Origin: Planctomycetota bacterium
GTDB lineage: Bacteria > Planctomycetota > UBA1135 > UBA2386
Length of the DNA: 64,000 bases
NCBI GenBank assembly: GCA_965223545.1
Contig: OZ245006.1
Span: forward strand, 7,968,001-8,032,000
Direction: 5' to 3'
Part shown: piece after piece, positions 39,464 to 46,196 of the stretch
Numbering within the stretch: the stretch's first letter is position 1
Layout: every line of letters begins with the position of its first letter
Position numbers and translations under genes: made by a program
Notes under the pieces: model-generated
Told to the model about the DNA's origin: nothing
Seen by the model: the letters and a program-made list of their open reading frames with translations, nothing else
Database searches by the model: none

Positions 39464-40525
39464 TCAGCGGAGGTTGTAGCCGACGTGGAACAGGCCGCGG
39501 AACAGGTCGGCGATGCCGCGCGCGAAGCGCGAGCCGCTGCTCTCGTTGACCTGGACGACGTCGTCCGGTTGCAGACGGATGTCTTGATCGGAGCCGGCCT
39601 CGACTTCGGTCAGGTCGATCGGGATCGTGACGCGGCCGGCGTCGGTCTTGCGGATGAGAACCGTCGCGGCCGGCGTGGCTTCGTCCTTGAGTCCGCCCGC
39701 CATGGCGATGGCGCGCAGCACCGTGATCTCGCCGCGCAGCGGGAACCGCCCGCCGCGATGCACCATGCCGGAGACGAAGAAGTGCGGGACGGGTGGCACG
39801 TGGACGACGTCGCCGTCCTCGAGGACGCAGTTGGCGGACAGATCTCCCCGCTCGATGAGGTCGATCAGGTCGATGCGCAGCATGCGCGGCATCGGCGCGG
39901 CGGTCGGTCCCACCGCGGCGTCACCGGACGCGCTGGCCTCTGCCGCGGCGCCGAGGCCGACTCCACTGCGCAGCACGAACACCTCGGATCCCGCCTTCTC
40001 GGTGACGCCGCCAGCGACCGCCAGCGCGCCGACCAGAGTGGTCGAGTTCTCGCGCAGGTTGAACGTTCCCGGTGCCTGAACCGCGCCGAGGACGGTGACG
40101 CTGCGCGCTTGGAACTCTTCGACCAAGACGCTGACCGAGGGATCGACGAGGTAGTCGGCCGCGAGCTTGCCCTCGATCGAGCGCTGCAGGCCCTCGGCGG
40201 TCAGGCCGGCGGCCCGCACACTGCCGATGAGGGGCATGGTGATGTCGCCGGTCTGCGAGACACGGCTGTGGATCACCTTGGTCTGATCCGGCTCCTCCAG
40301 CTCGTAGACCTCGATCTCGAGCAGGTCGCGCGGACCGATGCGGTACTCGGTCTTGACGGGTGGCAACCAGCTGCTCGCCGGGTCGGCGGCGGCGCTGCCT
40401 TCGCCGGCGTCGGACTGTGCGAGGATTGCCTCGTCGTTGACCGAGTCCACCGAGGTGCAGGCGGCCGCGGCAAGGCAGACGGTGATGAGCAGCAGGCCAG
40501 GCTTGCGCTTTGGGTCGGGGAGCAC
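39464..40525 (-). CDS. wza: Polysaccharide export lipoprotein Wza (Poly_export plus SLBB domains)
   Basis: Lipobox 'AAAC', 'YRIGPRDLLEI', 'GDITMPLIG', 'GAVQAPG', 'AIAMAGG'. GTG start preceded by GAAAGGG. Confidence 0.88.
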   Translation of the reverse strand: MLPDPKRKPGLLLITVCLAAAACTSVDSVNDEAILAQSDAGEGSAAADPASSWLPPVKTEYRIGPRDLLEIEVYELEEPDQTKVIHSRVSQTGDITMPLIGSVRAAGLTAEGLQRSIEGKLAADYLVDPSVSVLVEEFQARSVTVLGAVQAPGTFNLRENSTTLVGALAVAGGVTEKAGSEVFVLRSGVGLGAAAEASASGDAAVGPTAAPMPRMLRIDLIDLIERGDLSANCVLEDGDVVHVPPVPHFFVSGMVHRGGRFPLRGEITVLRAIAMAGGLKDEATPAATVLIRKTDAGRVTIPIDLTEVEAGSDQDIRLQPDDVVQVNESSGSRFARGIADLFRGLFHVGYNLR

Positions 40526-40592
40526 GAGAGCCCTTTCGGGTCCCAAGGGGGGGTGGGGGGGGAGTGGTTGCGCCGCGAGCGGCGCGGGGCCG

Positions 40593-41267
40593 TCAGCGGC
40601 GTCGCAACGGCGACGCGGGGCTGACGACGTTCTCGTCGCCGTCGTCGGCGGCATCGATCGCGATCGGCACCGCGATCGCGGCGGCGCCGACGCCGATGAT
40701 GGTCCAGCCGACGACGCCGAGGCCACCCGCGGCAGCGCTACCTCCGGCGCCCGCGGCTGCGGCACTGCCGGCGGCTCCGGCTCCGGCGCCCTGGGCACCG
40801 GCGGTTCCCGCCGCCGCGGTCTTCGCACCTGCACCTGCACCGGCACCGGCACCCGCGCCTGCACCCGCGCCGGCGGCGCCGCCCGGCGCTGCCGGGGCGG
40901 CGGCGAGCGCCTGCTTGGGCACGACGATGTCGAGGGACTTGATGGTCGCGTTGGGCCCGGCGTTGAGTTGCAGCTGCATGCCGTCCGCAACCTCGAGCAC
41001 GTAGGACTGGCCGTCCTGCAGGGCCGGGGTCGTGTAGGTGCCGTCGGGGTTGGTGACCACCTTGCCGACCTCCTGGCCGTCGACGGTGCGCAGAGTCATC
41101 GAGTGCCCGTCGGCGCCGTTGCGCGTGCCGCTCTCCAAGATCTTGCCCGAGAGCTCACCAGGGCTGACCTGCACCTGCTTGGCGACGCCGGGCGCTTGGC
41201 CCGTGCAGGGAGCGAGCAGCGCCGCGATGGCGAGGGCTGCGACCGAGACCGTCTTGTGGATCCGCAT
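40593..41267 (-). CDS. Exported protein with prealbumin-like domain, Gly-Ala linker and C-terminal membrane helix
   Basis: Strong RBS (GAGGAGGA), signal peptide, 'VTNPDGTY', (GA)n tract, hydrophobic 'GLGVVGWTIIGVGAAAIAVPIAI'. First gene of the wza-wzc run. Confidence 0.7.
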   Translation of the reverse strand: MRIHKTVSVAALAIAALLAPCTGQAPGVAKQVQVSPGELSGKILESGTRNGADGHSMTLRTVDGQEVGKVVTNPDGTYTTPALQDGQSYVLEVADGMQLQLNAGPNATIKSLDIVVPKQALAAAPAAPGGAAGAGAGAGAGAGAGAGAKTAAAGTAGAQGAGAGAAGSAAAAGAGGSAAAGGLGVVGWTIIGVGAAAIAVPIAIDAADDGDENVVSPASPLRRR

Positions 41268-41384
41268 AGCTGACTTGAGTCCTCCTCGTACTTCGAGCCA
41301 GCTATCGGCGACGGAGCCGCCGCGGGTGTAGGGCGATCGGCGGGAATCGCCGACTGCCCTCGGGGCGAAGGGCGGACCGCAGTC

Positions 41385-43067
41385 TCAGCCCTGGATCACA
41401 CGTTCGCGCAAGTACGCCCAGTTGAGCGGCGTGAAGTGCGCTCGGCCGGATTGGAAGTGGCTCCAGATCAGCGCCAGGTTGTTCACGGCGGCCGGCGCCG
41501 GTGTCGAGTTGTTGCCCGACATGAAGTTGCCGCGACCGTCGTCGAAATGGCCACCGGTCGAGTGGCCCCAGCGCTCGGCGCCCAGCAAGCCCGCCCCGCC
41601 GAGGGAGCCGTTGGCCACCAGGCCCATCGAGTGGCTCGTCTCCTGAGTGAGCACGAACGCGACCGCCCGGCTCATGTGCAGGACTCCCGTGACGATCTGC
41701 TGGTGGCGTTGCCGCTCGGCGGCGGTCGCCTGGCCGGGATCGAACGACGGCGCGGTGACCACGGCGTCGAGGGGGTCGTTGCCCACCGGGTTGGCGATCA
41801 GTGGATCGAACACGCGCATGAACTCGGCCACGCCGTTGAACAGGTGGAAGATCGAGCGCGGGTGCACGCCGAGGTTGCCGCCGCAGTTGACGAAGTTCTT
41901 GCGCTGGTTGCGGGGGTTGAGGAACGCCGAGCCCGTCGTCTCTTGTGCACCGGGCGGCAGCTGCGACGCCGGCCAGCCGTTGCGGCCGCCGACACAGATG
42001 CGGGCGTGCGTGGTTGCCGGCCGGCTGTCGAAGAACGCGACGTCGACCGGATCGGTGCTGCCCGCGCCGTAGTAGGCGCGCAGGTAGGCGAGCGTGGCGT
42101 CTCGACACCAGGTGGCGACGGTCGCCGCAGGCCCGGTGACGGCGGTCGCGCTGTTGCCCAGGCCGAACAACAGCAAGTCCTCGCGGTAGTCGGCCACGCC
42201 GCTGCCGTCGAGATCGTGTGCGTCGAAGTCGACCCACCACAGCTGCCGGCTGGCGAACGGGCGGTTGGCCGAGGTCAGCGCCATCGCGCGCACCCGGTAG
42301 GTCTCGACAGGCGAGCGCGTGCCGGCGCGGTTGGCGACCGAGGCGGTCAGCGTCACCCTGCCGACCGGGAAGCTCCAGCTGGCGTCGACGACGGCCGTCG
42401 CCCCGGCGCCCGTCACCTGGAACCGACCGGCGAGCTCGGCGCCGGCGGCGATCTGACCGAGTCCCAGCGGCTGGTCGGCCGTGATGCTCAGCGAGGTCGG
42501 GTCGATGGGCATGCCACCGCGGTCGTCGAAGACGAGGTCGATCGAAAAGCCGGTGAGCGGGACGGCGAGCCGTCCCTCGAGCGGCTCGCTGCCGTTCTGG
42601 TCGCGCGGAATGCGGTTGACGGTGAGCAGCGGAACCAGGGGCTGGCCCCGCTCGCGCAGCAGGGTGACCGCCTTGCTGTCGGTCGCGGTCAGCCCCCCGA
42701 TCGCCGACGAGTCCTGGCCGAAGCCCTGGAAGAACAGGCGGGAGCCGTCGAGGCCGGGGACGTTGGGGATCGGCAGTGCGTGCGCGCTCGCCCCCGCCGG
42801 CGGCAGAACGCCGCTGCCGGCGACGAACAGACTGCCGAGCCCCAGGTGCACGGTCAGGTTCTGGTACGGGTAGCGCGCGCGAGCGCCGGCGCCGAACACC
42901 ACGTACGGCACCCCCGGTCGGCCGCGCACCGCGAACTGCAGCGGGCCGCCCATGACCGTGCGGTGCGGCATCTCCAGCAGCAGGAAGTCCCAGCCCTCGT
43001 CCGGACGTGGGCCGAGGGCGGACGCGCCGGCGGTCAGCCAGCAGAGGGTGGCAGTGGAGAGCAGCAT
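41385..43067 (-). CDS. Secreted hypothetical protein with zincin-like C-terminal domain (QExxH variant)
   Basis: Signal peptide from ATG 43067, Ig-like middle segment, 'VLTQETSHSMGL...H...NFM'. Confidence 0.6.
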   Translation of the reverse strand: MLLSTATLCWLTAGASALGPRPDEGWDFLLLEMPHRTVMGGPLQFAVRGRPGVPYVVFGAGARARYPYQNLTVHLGLGSLFVAGSGVLPPAGASAHALPIPNVPGLDGSRLFFQGFGQDSSAIGGLTATDSKAVTLLRERGQPLVPLLTVNRIPRDQNGSEPLEGRLAVPLTGFSIDLVFDDRGGMPIDPTSLSITADQPLGLGQIAAGAELAGRFQVTGAGATAVVDASWSFPVGRVTLTASVANRAGTRSPVETYRVRAMALTSANRPFASRQLWWVDFDAHDLDGSGVADYREDLLLFGLGNSATAVTGPAATVATWCRDATLAYLRAYYGAGSTDPVDVAFFDSRPATTHARICVGGRNGWPASQLPPGAQETTGSAFLNPRNQRKNFVNCGGNLGVHPRSIFHLFNGVAEFMRVFDPLIANPVGNDPLDAVVTAPSFDPGQATAAERQRHQQIVTGVLHMSRAVAFVLTQETSHSMGLVANGSLGGAGLLGAERWGHSTGGHFDDGRGNFMSGNNSTPAPAAVNNLALIWSHFQSGRAHFTPLNWAYLRERVIQG

Positions 43068-43178
43068 GGCGGGCACCACGTGATGATAATGGCCGACGCG
43101 CGCCGTGTGCGGGGCACTCGTCGGTCGAGGACCTCTCCTGGCTTTCGTGGCGCGGTGGTGGTTTCGGCAGGATCGAAC

Positions 43179-43565
43179 ATGAAGCGAGTGACAGGGATCG
43201 GCGGCATCTTCTTCAAGGCCAGGGACCCAGCCGCGCTCCAGGCTTGGTACAAGCGCCACCTCGGCATCGATGTCCAAGAGTGGGGAGGAACGGCCTTCTC
43301 CTGGGCAGGCCCGGACGGCAAGCCGGCGGGTGGGACGACGGTTTGGTCCATCGGTCCGCAAGAGGACGGGCGGTTCGCACCGGGCACCGCCCCCTTCATG
43401 ATCAACTATCGCGTGGAGGATCTGCACGCTCTGCGCGCGGCGCTCGTGGCCGAAGGCTGCAACGTCCTCGACCAAGTCGAGGACGGCGAGTTCGGCATCT
43501 TTGGATGGGTGGTCGACCCCGAGGGTAACAAGGTCGAGCTGTGGCAGCCGCCTACGGGGCAGTGA
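43179..43565 (+). CDS. VOC/glyoxalase family protein
   Basis: 'MKRVTGIGGIFFKARDP', 'FMINYRVEDL', 'FGWVVDPEGNKVELWQP'. Confidence 0.93.
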   Translation: MKRVTGIGGIFFKARDPAALQAWYKRHLGIDVQEWGGTAFSWAGPDGKPAGGTTVWSIGPQEDGRFAPGTAPFMINYRVEDLHALRAALVAEGCNVLDQVEDGEFGIFGWVVDPEGNKVELWQPPTGQ

Positions 43566-43747
43566 GCGTCCGGGGCCGACAATCTTCGTGTGGCGACAAC
43601 ACTTCCGAAAGGCCGGTTGTCGTCAGGGCTTCGACACCGCAACTCCCGGCCGCTCGAAAGCAACACTGGCGTCTACGCTCAGCGCCGCCGCCCGGGACCG
43701 CTGGAATCGCGGGCTCCGCTCCTGTCGCGGCGCGCTCGGCCTTTGAT
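43563..43747. repeat. Copy A of a ~200-bp structured tandem repeat, interrupted at its 3' end by the IS110 element
   Basis: Collinear with 45900-46083 through shared blocks TGAGC, AATCTTCG, GGCGACAAC, TTCGACA, CTCCCGG, CTCGAA, AACACTGGC, GCTCAGCGC, GTCGCGG, CGCTC, TTTG. Confidence 0.85.
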
Positions 43748-43760
43748 ATCTCCTAAGTCA

Positions 43761-43766
43761 TGTCAA
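43761..43766 (-). promoter_or_regulatory. Outward-facing TTGACA (-35-like) hexamer in the IS right end
   Basis: Exact TTGACA on the minus strand, 13 nt before the AT core. This is the arrangement known for IS110 junction promoters. Confidence 0.5.
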
Positions 43767-43808
43767 GGGGTTTTCGCTGGGGCTCGACATCGCGTGTGCA
43801 CGGCTTGT

Positions 43809-45311
43809 TCAGGACTCTTCCACAAGACCAGGGAAGTGTTCTTGCATGAGATCACCGATCGGGTGAGGTTGACGTGGGGATTCCACGGCCAGGCCTGTGG
43901 CGTCCATTGGGCGGCCACTCAAGTCCCTCGTCGTCGGAGTCCCCACTCGTCCCTGTCGCCGTTGGTCGCGCTCATGCCGCTGTGGCGCGACGATGCTGCG
44001 CGTGAACTTGGCTGCGATGAGCGCGCGCGCGGCAACCTTCGTGAGCTCGTTGCCGTCGGCGTCTCGCAGGACGTAGCGGACTTGCGTCGACGCCGGCTTG
44101 TCATCGGCGCGCTGGCTGTCGCGACGCTTCAGGAGGGCGTAGACGCGGCGCGCCATCTTGCCAGCCAATGCGATGAGGATGAGGTTGTGGTGATCACCTG
44201 CGGCGTAGCGGCGAGCGTAGTACGCCGCGAAATCCGGATCCCACTGGCGAGCGACGTCAGCTGCTAGGTAGAGGTACTTCTTGAGTACTCGTTGGCCGGT
44301 TTTGGTGATTGGCATCGAGGGGTCGCTCATGCCCGTCTGCTTCCGGCGTGGACACAGTCCGCAGTAGCTCACGAACTTCTTGCCGTTCGAGAACCGCGCG
44401 ATGTCGCCTACCAAGGCTTCGATGGCCGCAGCGATCGTGGGACCGACGCCGCGCAGTTGCTCGAGTGTTCGGTCAGGATCGACGCCCAGGTAGAGCTTCT
44501 TGATCTTTGCGTCGAGCTTGCGAACGTCCGTGTTCTTGCGCTCGATCTCATCCAGCTCGTACACCACATCCTCTTGGATGGCCTCGTAGTCGAACGGCAT
44601 CTGCCCCGCAGCTCGCAGCTCAGCGTAGTACTCGGCGGCCTGTCGGCAGGACTCGAGCACGCGGTCGACCAAGCACGGGTCATGCGTTCCCTTGGATCGC
44701 TTCGTCAAGAAGCGCTCCAAGCGACTCTTCCCAAGGCCGACCGCTTTCACCGGATCGACGTAGCGCCGCAGAAACCCCATCTTAGCGGCACTGAACTTCT
44801 CTGCCCCCAAGGCCTTCATGAGGCTGGGATTCGCCAGTACCAGTATCGCGTGCACACGACGCTTGTGGTCGCTGAGCTCGCGCGCCAACCGCTCACGCCG
44901 CTTCACGAGTCGACGGATCGTCGTCTCGTCGGCAGTTGGAACACGCAGCTGGTGGACGCCCTTTGGATCCATCTGCGGCAGACGCGCAGCGGCCTCGGCG
45001 TCTACTACGTCGGTTTTGGTGTGCTTGCTATAGAACTTCCGCAGGTCGCTCAGCTTCTGTGGTTTGCTCACGTAGATCTGGAACCCTGCGGCGTTCACGT
45101 GCGCCGCGATGGGCAGCCACGCCAACCCCGTTGGTTCCATCACGAAGCTCACCGGACCCTCGGCACCTTCCTGTGCACGGCGCAGCAGAAGGTCAATACC
45201 CTCACGGCTGTTCTCGACTGAAAACGGTCTGCCCCGAGACTTCGCACCATCCAGAACGACGGCTCGGTGCTTGCTCCTCAAGCCGAGATCCAATCCAACG
45301 AATCGATTCAT
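43809..45311 (-). CDS. IS110 family transposase/recombinase (DEDD RuvC-like plus Tnp20 domain), 500 aa
   Basis: 'FVGLDLG' (D), 'VMEPTG' (E), 'KTDVVDA' (D,D), 'LRGVGPTIAA', 'GDIARF', 'YCGLCPRRKQTG'. RBS GGAGG upstream. Confidence 0.95.
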   Translation of the reverse strand: MNRFVGLDLGLRSKHRAVVLDGAKSRGRPFSVENSREGIDLLLRRAQEGAEGPVSFVMEPTGLAWLPIAAHVNAAGFQIYVSKPQKLSDLRKFYSKHTKTDVVDAEAAARLPQMDPKGVHQLRVPTADETTIRRLVKRRERLARELSDHKRRVHAILVLANPSLMKALGAEKFSAAKMGFLRRYVDPVKAVGLGKSRLERFLTKRSKGTHDPCLVDRVLESCRQAAEYYAELRAAGQMPFDYEAIQEDVVYELDEIERKNTDVRKLDAKIKKLYLGVDPDRTLEQLRGVGPTIAAAIEALVGDIARFSNGKKFVSYCGLCPRRKQTGMSDPSMPITKTGQRVLKKYLYLAADVARQWDPDFAAYYARRYAAGDHHNLILIALAGKMARRVYALLKRRDSQRADDKPASTQVRYVLRDADGNELTKVAARALIAAKFTRSIVAPQRHERDQRRQGRVGTPTTRDLSGRPMDATGLAVESPRQPHPIGDLMQEHFPGLVEES

Positions 45312-45505
45312 GTCCCCTCCATGTTCAACGAGTGAGTGTCGACGAGAGGACTCTCCCTACCCGCGCAGTCCGCCTGAGGAGGCGAGTCGCCAAAACGGTT
45401 CGTGTTTCGGGGCCGTGATTTCTCACGCCGCCAATCTCCTAAATCGGGTCCCCCACGCGGGAGGAGAGTCGCAGAACCAAATGAGGGGCCGCTCGAAGCG
45501 CCACC
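45312..45505 (-). ncRNA. Candidate bridge/seek RNA in the IS110 5' non-coding end
   Basis: Long stem 45349-45365 / 45456-45470, hairpin 45371-45384, and an internal near-copy of the donor junction at 45426-45442. Transcript ends unknown. Confidence 0.65.
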
Positions 45506-45685
45506 ATTGCGGCAGATCGCGAAACCTCTCCGTCGCACGCCGGGGGACCCTAAGCTCTCTTGCGGCCGATGACCAGACTCCCGACACGACTCCTGCGGCT
45601 GCACCATCGCGCGAGTCTTCCACACCGCTACGGCGCGACGGGTGTGGAGAACTCTAGCTTCGCAGATCATGGAACCACACATACC

Positions 45686-46104
45686 GTTGCGGCCCCGGCC
45701 GCGCTGAGCCTCCGGCGCCTCGAATCTTCGAGCTGCGACAACATTTTCTAGGCGACGCCGCTGCCATGGCAAAGTCGCCGCCGCGCCGGAGGCTCGGAGA
45801 GACAGTGCCTCCTGGCTCAGCGCGGCGGCGGATTGGTCGGACCTTCCAAACCGCTCCGGCGAGAGCGGCATCCGAGTTTGGTTGCGGCCGTGGCCGCGCT
45901 GAGCCTCAGGGTCCGCAAATCTTCGCGCGGCGACAACCTTTCGGAAGGCTCGATGCCGCTGGAACTTCGACAACGCAGCTCCCGGAGGCTCGAAGACAAC
46001 ACTGGCCTCTGGGCTCAGCGCGGCCGCCGGCGACCGCGGGACCCGCGACCGACGCTCGGGTCGCGGAACGCTCCGTGTTTGGTTGCGGCCTCGACCGCGC
46101 TGAG
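45686..46104. repeat. Copies B (45686-45880), C (45881-46081) and partial D (46082-46104) of the ~200-bp structured repeat
   Basis: GTTGCGGCC..(G/A)CCGCGCTGAG recurs at 45686, 45881 and 46082 (periods 195 and 201). Each full unit has nested inverted repeats. Confidence 0.88.
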
Positions 46105-46196
46105 GGGCGGCGTCCGCGAATGAAGAGAGTGGCCGAGAGCGCGAGCGGCGAATGAGTATCCGATTGTCACGCCGCGGTCGATCGTTCGACGCGCGG

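Larger units (their letters stand above)
43748..45505 (-). mobile_element. IS110-family insertion sequence, apparently complete, with AT core at 43746-43747 and 45506-45507
   Basis: Contains a DEDD recombinase gene. Removing the element and one AT restores CCTTTG-AT-TGCGGC, matching TTTG-GT-TGCGGC in the uninterrupted repeat copies. No long terminal IRs. Lower GC than the flanks. Confidence 0.88.

Noticed and set aside
45508..45686. Alternative IS left boundary at ~45685
   Set aside because: It also restores a repeat-like site but gives no duplicated core. The 45505 boundary gives an AT core and is independently supported by the internal junction copy at 45426-45442.
45686..46104. CRISPR array
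   Set aside because: The period is about 200 bp, the intervening sequences are homologous to each other rather than unique spacers, and no cas genes are present.
43563..46104. Integron attC cassette array (small VOC gene followed by a palindromic element)
   Set aside because: No RYYYAAC/GTTRRRY box pair, no ORFs between the units and no integrase in the window.
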